Below are positions 10,462 through 22,558 of a DNA stretch of 64,000 nt, one piece after another. Each line of letters opens with the position of its first letter. Position 1 is the stretch's first letter. Position numbers and translations under genes: made by a program. Origin of the DNA: Paraphysomonas bandaiensis (taxonomy: Eukaryota > Protista > Chrysophyceae); NCBI GenBank assembly GCA_965644295.1, contig CBFFRP010000376.1:1-64000 (forward strand). Direction: 5' to 3'. The notes under the pieces were generated by a model. That model saw only the letters and a list, made by a program, of their open reading frames with translations, was not told where the DNA came from and did no database searches.

Positions 10462-11207
10462 GTCAAGTGGATATGATGATGCTACTTCAAGGGAACTGCT
10501 CCTGTGACGAGTAGTAGTGTAACGCTCTCTTGTGTGTGATTTGATGTGATGAGCGTGTATCTGCGACTGTGATGAACAGCATGCAGCACAGTGCAGCGCA
10601 GTGTACTCCAGTGTGTAGTCTCACATGCGCTGTGGACGTATAGGAATACCGTCAAATACGTCTCTGAATACCGTGTCACAAACACACTGCGAATATACAC
10701 ACACTCCACTGCAGCTATTTTGGGATGTTGACTGCTATTGTAGATAAACCTGAAACCATGCGATGCGACACATTCCATTAACAAATTAAGCACCTTATTT
10801 CCAGCTAACCTGATTATGTACTAACAAAGTGTCCCCTTGTGGAGATATGGGCGTTACTGCACTGCAGCTTCCCACCTGCGTATTGGACATAACCGTTGTA
10901 TACCGTGTATATCACTGTATTTCGATCGCCAGAAGTGAGTAGTTGTTATGGTACAGATACATGCATGATACACTGCATACCATACTACAGCACACCATAC
11001 ATATCATACACACATAGCTCCACATCTCTCTCATATCTGCATGCATCCGCAGTCAACCGAACAATACTCCTAATTGAACAGAACACTGCGCTATATCGCT
11101 CTATAGGCTGTTATAGTTGAGTAATAGAGGACCCTATAGCCGCACCTGTGAATATTTGACTCATACACACCCAGCACAGAGAAGCCCATTGTTCCATTAC
11201 TCTCACG

Positions 11208-12844
11208 ATGAAGGCATGGAATCAAACTAGTGAAACAGATTATAAACGGATCGCTCGTGAAGATGATGAGAGTGTGTCGCAGGGTAAGGTGTTTAAGTCC
11301 GCCAAGGCACGAAAGCTCATTCTCCGCATACACGTGTGGAATATATACAATGAAGTGTTTCTCTCCGAGGAGCACAAGAGTGACCCCAGAGAATCACAAG
11401 TTAAACGCGCAACGAATCTTTTAGCCGATCTTCTTCGCGGCCAACAGCATGCCCGAAGTAAGGTGGACATGGTGTTCACAAATGATATCGAGTTCTGGGA
11501 GTCTGTAGTTTACAATCTCCGAGAGTTTGAAGCTGCCATCGGTATGCCCCCTCAGCTCAGTCTGCATGAAGTAGGAAACCTTGATACGAAGAGGACAATA
11601 AACGTTTATACCACAACTGACAAAGAAATGGAAACTGAAATTGACTGTTTTGCAGACCCCTTCACGCAGGCGTCAGAATTGATGGTGGAACACAGACTGC
11701 CGCCTGACGAGCTAGATTTTATTCAAGGCATGATTCAACATGGTACAAATTAATTAGTTTTTAAATATTATATTTTTGCTTAATTGCCATTATACAGAAA
11801 TGGTGGACATCGTGCGGGATGGTGTGCGGGATCAGAGAGGTATTTATATCAATGAACGATATATGATTCCGTATGATATCTAGCAACTTGATGCTATTTT
11901 GTGGTGCGATTGATAATATTTTTTCGACAGATAAACTCAAAGCGATTCAATACAAAATCGCGGTTGTTGAACACCTGACACTTCTAGGAGAAGTTATTAG
12001 CGGCAAGTATCAGAAAATGAAGAATACGTATGAACAAAGCTCTAACAAATCAATATCCATGAAAACACCGACGAAAACGAATTCCGGTACGACGAACAGT
12101 AACACACCAGGATCTACAAACAGAACTGCCATGCACTTCAATAAGCTCATCATAGATGAACGACGAAAGCTGGATGCACTGGAGAAGAAAATAAGTGATG
12201 CTATTAAAAAAGCTGGAAAGTTAGATCCCTCTGAATACTACGGTGGTAAGCCGCGTGACGATGGGAGCGAGTTCAAGTGCTCTCAGAGTGGTCCACAGGC
12301 GAATTCGCCGGCTAAAGTCAGCACTCCTTTTAGTGGAAAGAGTACTCCGAAAACAGTATCACCTCGTCGTGCCAGTGTTTCACTTCGTCAAATTTTGAGT
12401 GAAACTCCTACGAAGCAGCAAACGTTCGTGCCGTTTCAAAGTACTCCTGGGTCTGTCAATACCACGGTGTCAGATGATTCCTCCGAGGAGAATACTTTCG
12501 GTATGAGCCAGCATGAAATCGAGAAAATGAACTTGTTTAAGAAGTCGGAGTCTGACCGTTTGAATCTGATAGCGGAGAACCGCCGGCTAAGAGACGAGGT
12601 GTGCAAAGCAGGTTCGCAGCAGATGCAACGACGTCATATGTTAGATGGCAATAATCCTGACCTTCACTCGATTGTCAGCGAGTTAAATCTATGGGATTGT
12701 GAGAGAGACGAGCTAGATGCACAGATCGACAGGTTGACTGGACAAAAAGAGGCTTTACTCGTCAAGCTTTCGAAGACGGCATTTGCGCATAAGTTTGATG
12801 CGAATGGGTTAAAAGAAGGATGGGAGTATATAGATCATGCGTAA
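11208..12844 (+). CDS. Uncharacterised protein with an S/T/P-rich region and C-terminal coiled coil, 3 exons
   Basis: Two long ORFs are joined in frame by GT-AG introns 11743..11797 and 11840..11930. No family recognised. Confidence 0.7.
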
Positions 12845-13742
12845 TAGATAGTGCGGGGTTATATATTTGCGGCATCACTTTGTAAAATAATTAAAATATA
12901 GTACATAATTAATAATTAACAGTACATATTGCTTAGTGTTAAGTTTGCTAATTGGTAAGAATGCTGTTCATAAAGTATTTTAATTATAACTATTGATGAG
13001 TCAGTATTTGAAAACAGTTAATGATCTGAAGAATATATATATATTTTGGCAAGGTGACTGATTATTTGATGAATATAAACTTTATTGCCAAACTTTTATA
13101 ATCCGTTCATTTTGTAATTGTGAGTTGAATCAGTTGGTAAACAACGTCAATATCTATCTAACACAATCAATATATTATGAAACAATTATTGGACCTAGAT
13201 GTAAGTTCCTCGTCACACCTCTAAAATGTTGTCAGGGGGTTGACAATATAGTCATCCAGCAATTCATATTTTCTATTTTCAGTTTACAATGACTAAGATA
13301 AAACTAGATTGCATAATATTTTCCTATATTAATGGATGCAGATTTATTACTTTGACAAGAAGGGTTTCATCAAAATTAGTATGGCTAGGCATTTCAACTA
13401 ATTTTACTATAGATTGAATAGTATTCCCCATCAATATAGCAAGTTGCATCAGTACATTCTATTGTACTGTAGAAGCTAATAAAGGATCAAGTAATAATAT
13501 ATCTGGTATAGGTTAAGAGTATAATAGTGTGTAGTGTGTAGTGTGTAGGAAACAATGCGCCAATAGCAGATGACAAAACAGGTTTATAGTTATCATCATT
13601 ATTAGAAAGAAGGCTATCATGCTCCAAATATTCATAAAATTTAAGCTAACAACAATAAATATATATTTGTTTGAGCTATAGACTACTTCAAAGTTTATTA
13701 AGACTATAATAATATAATATTATATCTGTAACCGATATAACA

Positions 13743-13763
13743 ACACACACACACACACACACA
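13743..13763. repeat. (CA)n microsatellite
   Basis: About 10 CA units. Confidence 0.85.
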
Positions 13764-14728
13764 GAGCTTCGCCCCTGTACCGTGCAACCGTGACAATAAA
13801 AACTGGTATGTAAACTGTTAATTTACACTGTCTGCGCCCCTATGGTGTTACTGTGTATGCTAGTACAACAATAATGGACACTTTCAAGGACATTTTAAGG
13901 ACATTTTCAAGAAAAATAAAAAAAACACAAAAAAAGATGTTGTAAATATATTTTTCACAAAAAATGTCCTTAAAAACGTCCACTCAAAAATACACTATAG
14001 ATATAATACAATAATTACAACACTATAGATATTACAATAACGGATTTGTGAGGGCGATTTCTCTTGTAAACTATTGTAGATAATTTACTCTTCAATCCCT
14101 GTATATTTTGTTAAATATATTATCACATGATATCAGTAATCGTTTGCTTTACAATAATACAACTACTGGAACTGCATCCCTGGAAGGATACTTTTAGTCA
14201 AACACCCGAAAACTCTTTAATACCCAAATTCAGGGTTTTTCTAGTGATATCGAGTATTCATACCACACCACTAAGTAAACAATATATGCAAACGTGGGAA
14301 ATTTTCAGAAATTTGGGAAATTCTAGTAGATTTTACTAGACTTTTAAGAATTGTTGTAGAATGGTTCTAAAAGTGCTTGAATGCAATAGTATAGTGTTAA
14401 TAATTATTTTTATTAATATTTTGGTCCTATAGGACACACCAACAGCACGTTTCCTTTAAAACCAGTAACTACGTTGTATGCCCTAATACTACTACTAATA
14501 GCCATCATAAAACACCAATACACGTCGCGTCACACAAATCCTATGCTAGAGTATTCACTACGTTCAATATATCCATCACTCAACCAATACAAGCCATACA
14601 CTACTATCGCTCGGCGGTAAAACCTGAGCATACTAGAGTATTCACTCAGCTCAACGAGAGAACATACATAGCAGAATAACTGTACAACATATAGGCATCA
14701 CATATAACCAATACACGTAACGTCACAC

Positions 14729-17120
14729 ATAACATGAGCCTAGCATACATTAGCACAACGAGAGAACACAAGTGTAGCATAACAATGTACTGCTACACGT
14801 ATATTCACTCAGCTACTGTACACGAGAGAACACACATAGCAGCTGTATAACTGTATAACATATAGCCATCACACAACGCCTACACACGTCATACACTGCT
14901 ATCTCTCGATACAACATGAGCCTAGCATACATTAACACAACGAGAGAACACAAGTGTAGCATAACAATGTACTGCTACACGTATATTCACTCAGCTACTG
15001 TACACGAGAGAACACACATAGCAGCTGTATAACTGTATAACATATAGCCATCACACAACGCCTACACACGTCATACACTGCTATCTCTCGATACAACATG
15101 AGCCTAGCATTCATTAACACAACGAGAGAACACAAGTGTAGCATAACAATGTACTGCTACACGAGAGAGCACACATAGCAGCTGTATAACATATAGCCAT
15201 CACACAACGCCTACACACGTCATACACTGCTATCTCTCGATACAACATGAGCCTAGCATACATTAGCACAACGAGAGAACACAAGTGTAGCATAACAATG
15301 TACTGCTACACGTATATTCACTCAGCTACTGTACACGAGAGAACACACATAGCAGCTGTATAACAGTATAACATATAGCCATCACACAACGCCTACACAC
15401 GTCATACACTGCTATCTCTCGAAACAACATGAGCCTAGCATACATTAACACAACGAGAGAACACAAGTGTAGCATAACAATGTACTGCTACACGTATATT
15501 CACTCAGCTACTGTACACGAGAGAACACACATAGCAGCTGTATAACTGTATAACATATAGCCATCACACAACGCCTACACACGTCATACACTGCTATCTC
15601 TCGATACAACATGAGCCTAGCATACATTAGCACAACGAGAGAACACAAGTGTAGCATAACAATGTACTGCTACACGTATATTCACTCAGCTACTGTACAC
15701 GAGAGAACACACATAGCAGCTGTATAACTGTATAACATATAGCCATCACACAACGCCTACACACGTCATACACTGCTATCTCTCGATACAACATGAGCCT
15801 AGCATACATTAGCACAACGAGAGAACACAAGTGTAGCATAACAATGTACTGCTACACGTATATTCACTCAGCTACTGTACACGAGAGAACACACATAGCA
15901 GCTGTATAACAGTATAACATATAGCCATCACACAACGCCTACACACGTCATACACTGCTATCTCTCGATACAACATGAGCCTAGCATACATTAGCACAAC
16001 GAGAGAACACAAGTGTAGCATAACAATGTACTGCTACACGTATATTCACTCAGCTACTGTACACGAGAGAACACACATAGCAGCTGTATAACAGTATAAC
16101 ATATAGCCATCACACAACGCCTACACACGTCATACACTGCTATCTCTCGATACAACATGAGCCTAGCATACATTAACACAACGAGAGAACACAAGTGTAG
16201 CATAACAATGTACTGCTACACGTATATTCACTCAGCTACTGTACACGAGAGAACACACATAGCAGCTGTATAACTGTATAACATATAGCCATCACACAAC
16301 GCCTACACACGTCATACACTGCTATCTCTCGATACAACATGAGCCTAGCATACATTAGCACAACGAGAGAACACAAGTGTAGCATAACAATGTACTGCTA
16401 CACGTATATTCACTCAGCTACTGTACACGAGAGAACACATATAGCAGCTGTATAACAGTATAACATATAGCCATCACACAACGCCTACACACGTCATACA
16501 CTGCTATCTCTCGATACAACATGAGCCTAGCATACATTAACACAACGAGAGAACACAAGTGTAGCATAACAATGTACTGCTACACGTATATTCACTCAGC
16601 TACTGTACACGAGAGAACACACATAGCAGCTGTATAACTGTATAACATATAGCCATCACACAACGCCTACACACGTCATACACTGCTATCTCTCGATACA
16701 ACATGAGCCTAGCATACATTAACACAACGAGAGAACACAAGTGTAGCATAACAATGTACTGCTACACGTATATTCACTCAGCTACTGTACACGAGAGAAC
16801 ACACATAGCAGCTGTATAACTGTATAACATATAGCCATCACACAACGCCTACACACGTCATACACTGCTATCTCTCGATACAACATGAGCCTAGCATACA
16901 TTAACACAACGAGAGAACACAAGTGTAGCATAACAATGTACTGCTACACGAGAGAGCACACATAGCAGCTGTATAACATATAGCCATCACACAACGCCTA
17001 CACACTCATACACTACAATCTCTCGATGCAACATGAGCCTAGCATTCAATTAGCGCAACGAGAGAACACAGGTGTCAGCTACACGAAAGAACACACGTAG
17101 CAGCTGTATAACTTGTACAA
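14729..17120. repeat. Tandem satellite array, 182-bp unit (about 13 units, two 149-bp variants, degenerate edges)
   Basis: Unit starts at 14729, 14911, 15093, 15242, 15424, 15606, 15788, 15970, 16152, 16334, 16516, 16698, 16880 and 17029. Confidence 0.97.
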
Positions 17121-17775
17121 CATAAATCCATCGCGCAACCACTATACGTCATACATAGCAGCTGCTTGCACACGCCCTCTACTTAACCTTGAGAAACATC
17201 ATCAACTTTCCAGTTGAACTCAGAGTATAACGCTCCACTACCAGTTCTGTCAATACTGATCATGGAATCTCAGTCCAGCATCTCAATATAATTTCCTTTC
17301 CACGAAGATAGCCGACAGAGTTCAGAACGCAGAGATCATTGCAACAATGAAAGCGTGTTATGACATCAGCCCGATTCAAAAGCAACGCACACTCTAAAAC
17401 ACACACAAAGAAACTAGGTATTAGAAACACATATATAATCATTAATAGAATAGCATTTATATACATACTTCATGCATTACAGATACAGTGAGAAGGTACA
17501 ACTAAATCGGTTCGTCATTAACTCGAGATGACATACTACGAAACAGTGATGCGGGGGTGGTTTTCTGATTGCTCAATACACACCTCTTAATTGCTGCAAT
17601 GAAACTCACGTCACATGACACTACATCTGTTATAGCAATCATCAAAGCAAGTAAACTTAGACAAAAATAAATTGAATAATTTTTATTAATTAGTCTTATT
17701 AATATATTAGCAATATAATAGGCAATCTTATTATATTGCAATTTTACGAATTAGTGCTTAATTAGGGTTAGGGTT

Positions 17776-17900
17776 CTGATATCCTACTATATTATTTAGC
17801 TCTACGAAAGCTGCTTGTGCGTCACCGCACGCACCAACACAAAAGAACAAGGTACAACCCCTTTCGCTTTATCACTCAAAAAGTAAACGCATTAAGTAAA
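17776..17900 (+). repeat. Dispersed repeat R1, partial diverged copy directly after TTAGGGTTAGGGTT
   Basis: CTGATATCCTACTAT...GCTGCTTGTGCGTCACCGCA...TTTCGCTTTATCACTCAAA matches the 56526 copy. Confidence 0.7.
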
Positions 17901-18181
17901 CAGTATGCAATCGTGGGATTGAGCAAGTAGAATGTTGATATATTATACCTCCTATTCCCCCTGCTTTGATCCCCCGAACCTTTAACCGTTCACTCTTGTC
18001 TTGTGTCTTCAGTAATTCCTCTTGGTGTTGTCGGTCCACCTGCACATTCGGTAGCTCTCCTTGGGGTTGCCAACAATACATCTGATGCTGGTATGTATCA
18101 CGAGACATGATCTCATACACTGCACTTCATTTATGTGTATGTCTACAATACAATATCAGAATGATTGATTGCGTAGACTAT

Positions 18182-18247
18182 GTGCTCAGGAGGTGTGATC
18201 CACACAACAATGTACACCTCATCCGAAAAACCACACCTCCTGAGCAC
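18182..18247. other. Perfect 16-bp inverted repeat (hairpin)
   Basis: GTGCTCAGGAGGTGTG ... CACACCTCCTGAGCAC with a 34-nt loop. Confidence 0.85.
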
Positions 18248-18512
18248 TCATCACTGTCATCAATAATATTACCATATTAACATCTGACGATACTGACTCA
18301 GAAGATACATGCATCACTCTATATGTATGGTGTGCTATAAGTTATGCATATATATATATTATTGCTCCAACAGCAAAACTCAACAGTTCTGACTCTTACA
18401 CGCGCCTACTATTGCTAATAATTAGACATTCACTACTTTTACGACTATTTATATCAAGAAGTAGTGTCTATAGTCTATAATGTGTGCCATTACTCCTTGT
18501 TTTTATCTTGTG

Positions 18513-19023
18513 TATTGAAAGTCTTATTATTAGCAATAGGAGTTAGAAACCTGCACCCACTTAGTAGCTAGATGAATGCTAGACCAACTAGTTAGTCCTC
18601 TACCTGTAACTAATCAGTACACACTTTTTTATCCGACTATGTAACGCTACGGAAGCTGCTTGTGCGTCGCCGCATGCACCAAGGTGCGACTACTTCCGCT
18701 CTGAGTTCTTAAGGTGAACATCCCGGATGCTTGACTTCAGCAGGCAGCCCAATATCCCGGTTACCCTTCAGGTGGGCCCTTTCCCGGATGCCCTTGAGGC
18801 GGGCCCATTCCCGATGCCTGTTTATTCGTCAGGGACCAAAGACGTCTACACAAGTAACACTTATTGGTGTCCCTTGTACCACACAAGCATTCGGCTATGA
18901 GTGGGCAGAAGAATATCTGCTGACTATGTTTGCGGCTCACGTTAGTTTCCCAGAGAGAATCTCTCCGGTATCTATCCCTCTGTCAGGACACCACGAAAAG
19001 GTGCGAGTCCGACTTTGTTGAGA
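18513..19023 (+). repeat. Dispersed repeat R1, long copy
   Basis: Closely similar to 49095..49586 over about 490 bp. Contains internal CCCGGATGC-type subrepeats. Confidence 0.9.
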
Positions 19024-19608
19024 GTTTTATCTTGTATAATATAGGGTAATATTTTTGTAATTGTCTTTTCATCACAATATTACTTGAATACTTTTTCCAA
19101 AGTTTCTTCTACAAATACTGATGTTTTTGTTCATATTAAACGTTATGCAAAATTTTGAGGCTTATGATTGATAATTGATACCTACTCAATTATTTTTCAA
19201 GCAAGCTAAATAATATGTCCTTTAGATGTAGGCAATGTTGTGTTAATTGTAATGTGAGCAAATAGAGTGTCATTGACGTGGTGACAGAAATCTTAGTAGT
19301 AACACCGGCTACCAATCTTGATTTGAAAAATACCATCTCAAATTTGTGTTTTCAGAAGTAAACGCATGTGTGCTTTTTAGGTGTATTCATTGCTAGTATA
19401 ATCCAGGCGCAAAAAATACTTTTTATAAACGCGATAATTAATGTGGAAAGTTAACTAGGAGCGCCAAAGGAAAACGAAGACATTTAACTACTGCACTCAA
19501 AGCCAGCGCTTGCACCACCTGAATTACGAAAAAGTAGCCACTAACTGACTACATCTACTTCGGTATATCACACAATACAATATTGTTCAAAAAGTTCGTC
19601 CAGGACAC

Positions 19609-20598
19609 TTAAACCTGCTTGACACCAGTGGTGTAAGTAACATCGTAGGTAATGCCACACATGTCCTCTCCGTAAGCAAGACGGATGTATCCGTTCTCAC
19701 CCCAAGAATCAGACCAGGAGTTGCGGACCTTCCAGTATCCGGCGCCAGTGTCAACACCGACCAGCTGGACGGCATGATTGATGGAATCACCACAGGTGGA
19801 CATGACACCACCAGTGTAGGTGCTCCAGGTGGTAGCATCAATAGCAATGGAAAGAGGACCAGTAGACTTAATGTAGTCAGCCATGGCAGCCTCACCATCA
19901 GTGATGGTCTCGTATCCGCCAACAGTGAGAACAAACTTGTTGCTCTCGGAATGGCATGAGTCAGCAGATCCATCCTCACCAGAGATGTAGGGGTAGTCGG
20001 ACTCTGTCTCGATACCACCGGCTCTCTTCACGTAGTTGTAAGCTCTCTCCTGAAGACCACCATTGCATCCCATTGATGTGCGATCGCACTCAACAAGTTG
20101 CTGAGGAGAAAGAGTGTATGTCACAGAGAGCTCCCTCATGGCATCGGATTCGATTTGCTCAGAGGCAGCGAAAGCCCAGCAGGAACCGCAGTAGCCCTGG
20201 TCCTTGACAGGAGTGGTGTAGACACCGCTCCAATCAACGAGCTCCTCGGTGCCCTTGTATGGAGCAACCTTGGCTGAGGAAACGTTGGTCTTCTCCCCCT
20301 TGGTGTAGGTGAGGTATCTGGCCTTGAACTCCTCAGGGGTGAGGTCAGAGAAGCGAGTGATGCCGTGAACAGCACTGCCGTGGGCCTTCTTCTCGGCGGC
20401 ATTCCTTTCGTCAATGTGCTTCAAGTTCTGGACGAAAGCGGAGAAGCGGTTGGACTCCTCTTCCATGGTGGCGTAAGACTTGCGGTGGTCCTTCTTGAAG
20501 GCTTCCCACATAAGCTTAAGGTTCTGGGCCGGGGCAGAGCTGAGCTCGGCGGACACAGTGGCCGCAAGCATAGAGATGGCAAGAGTCTGGTAGATCAT
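19609..20598 (-). CDS. Papain-family (C1A) cathepsin L-like cysteine protease, secreted preproenzyme
   Basis: Signal peptide; ERFNIN-like and GITRFSD prodomain motifs; QGYCGSCWAF, GCNGG, NHAV, RNSW. Intronless, with GC3-rich codons. Confidence 0.97.
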   Translation of the reverse strand: MIYQTLAISMLAATVSAELSSAPAQNLKLMWEAFKKDHRKSYATMEEESNRFSAFVQNLKHIDERNAAEKKAHGSAVHGITRFSDLTPEEFKARYLTYTKGEKTNVSSAKVAPYKGTEELVDWSGVYTTPVKDQGYCGSCWAFAASEQIESDAMRELSVTYTLSPQQLVECDRTSMGCNGGLQERAYNYVKRAGGIETESDYPYISGEDGSADSCHSESNKFVLTVGGYETITDGEAAMADYIKSTGPLSIAIDATTWSTYTGGVMSTCGDSINHAVQLVGVDTGAGYWKVRNSWSDSWGENGYIRLAYGEDMCGITYDVTYTTGVKQV

Positions 20599-20987
20599 TT
20601 TCGAAATTTGGTTTGAGGTATGTAAGTGTGATTACTTTCCAATTATGATAATGAGGCTGATTTTGTTGAGTGGCTGCACTCCAACACAACACATGCGACG
20701 CACATAGCCACCAGCTCATATCATCCACCGCATCTTTGAAAGGTGCCACAAGAAAACTGAAAATACTGATATAACCGAGAACAGAACTACTCCACACACA
20801 ATGGCGTATTCCAACCAGATACTATACCGTATACTCCATATACATTGAATGTATTCAGTATTCAGCCGTATAGCGTGTATACAGTAGCTATTTCGCTCGT
20901 TAAAGAGCCAGTGTTCAAAATGTCAAGATGCCACTGTGGATTGTTCGTAGTTGTTAGCTCTGTAAATAGTTGCAAAGCTCCAACGAA

Positions 20988-21962
20988 ATGAAGCCATATG
21001 CACTTTTTGTGCTTCTACTGATAGTTATGTTGCTGTATCTTTTTTACTATGAAGACATGACCGATGCAGTGCATCATGTCTCATGGAGTGGCAGCAACTC
21101 CATTGAAGCTCTAAAGCCCAAATTATTGATCCTCCCCAAGAAGAATCTCACGTCTATATGGTGGATGCATATCCAAAAAACATCAAGCTGGATCGGTGAT
21201 TTTCTCTTGATATGGAATTGTCCGGATCTGAGACCTCTGTACCTTGAACACTATTCGTCCAACAGCTCCAAATTACACTTTTTCCACGACAGAGTTCCAA
21301 ACGGATACCAGTTCCCGGGGTGTCGAATTCCTTTTGTAGCTGGACTATGGCCGTATAATTATCACCACTCATACAAGGACTATGGCATTTTTCGAGGTAG
21401 ACGAACCCTGAATGGGAGCGTTGTAACAGTATTTCGTCGTCCTGTGGACCGCGTGATATCTGCCTTTCTCTTCCGCAATGTTATGTTACCCAATGGATAT
21501 CCAAAAGCGAATAGAAGCGAGGTTAAGTTGAAAATTTTAAGATCCGCACATCCCATATATTCGTATGCCACGATGAGAGGTATACCATCTTGTCAGACGA
21601 AAATGGTGATGGGCTATAAATGCGGGGAGGACATTCTTTTCACTGAAGAAGATTTGGAAGAGGTTAAACGAAGAATTGCTAATGATTTTGCTTTCATTGG
21701 TCTCACGGAGGAGTCTAAAGCTACATACGAATTGTTTCAAGCAATGTTTGGCGTACAGCATCTTCCTTCTCCACTACCTTATGCAATGATGTACAGAAAG
21801 AATAGTGCGAGTTCGATTGAGTTGGTTGGGAACCTAACCCGTCAGTTGCGAAATCTTGGGTGGACAGACCCTTTCGATGAGTCGTTATATGAAGAGGCCC
21901 AACGGATATTTTATTCGCGTTGTGTTCTGTATAATGTCTCCACTTTGACACAATACTTTTAG
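20988..21962 (+). CDS. Type II membrane sulfotransferase-like protein
   Basis: N-terminal TM helix; HIQKTSS (5'-PSB-like); FRRPVDRVISAF (3'-PB-like); FAFIGLTE; DESLYEEA. Confidence 0.8.
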   Translation: MKPYALFVLLLIVMLLYLFYYEDMTDAVHHVSWSGSNSIEALKPKLLILPKKNLTSIWWMHIQKTSSWIGDFLLIWNCPDLRPLYLEHYSSNSSKLHFFHDRVPNGYQFPGCRIPFVAGLWPYNYHHSYKDYGIFRGRRTLNGSVVTVFRRPVDRVISAFLFRNVMLPNGYPKANRSEVKLKILRSAHPIYSYATMRGIPSCQTKMVMGYKCGEDILFTEEDLEEVKRRIANDFAFIGLTEESKATYELFQAMFGVQHLPSPLPYAMMYRKNSASSIELVGNLTRQLRNLGWTDPFDESLYEEAQRIFYSRCVLYNVSTLTQYF

Positions 21963-22135
21963 TGCTGAGGTGAATATAATATTTGTTTGGAAATAGATAC
22001 GTGCGCGTATGCGTTATGCAGTGTGCAGTACAGTTTTTTGTCGATGTTTTAGATGCGTCCTCTGTTTTCCTGTGTAACGTTAAAATTATGATCCCCGAAT
22101 GATGTGATTATTATAAGAACAGTAGTGCCGTAGTG

Positions 22136-22393
22136 AAATAAGATTTAAAGTTAGTCTTAATATTTAGTAAGAATATACTTGATATTATTAGAGATAAAGA
22201 TTGAACGATAAGGCCTAATAGTATAATAGCAAGACACGTTTGAGCAGAGCGTTAGCACCACACACATGTGCGTATCTTGTACAGTCGCGTATCATGTATA
22301 GTTTGGTAATTATTCAGTCTATTTGGTATTTCATTGTATATGTGTGTTGTATTCACGCGTTAAGAGATATACGTGATTCAATGACTCCTAATA
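22136..22393 (-). repeat. Copia-1 3' LTR
   Basis: Direct repeat of 27506..27763, preceded on the minus strand by the PPT at 22394..22404. Confidence 0.93.
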
Positions 22394-22558
22394 CTCCCCC
22401 TCAATGAAATAATCATATGGCGTATACATAGATATATGGATATAGGTGTATATATTTGGAGATAGTTCTACTGAGGGTAAAACCCACGAGTGCAATCACA
22501 GATTGTGGATTACACTGATGTCAACATACAGCGTACTCGTGGGAAACTCCGTAGATCT

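Noticed and set aside
14729-17120. CRISPR, spliced-leader or tRNA array, or a repetitive CDS
   Set aside because: There are no spacers, no recognisable RNA-gene motifs and no long ORF, and 182 is not a multiple of 3.
18815-18850. Hammerhead ribozyme in R1 (CTGACGA on the minus strand)
   Set aside because: There is no stem II plus GAAA after it, and the core is not kept in the 56526 copy. CTGATGAG near 8603 also lacks a matching GAAA.
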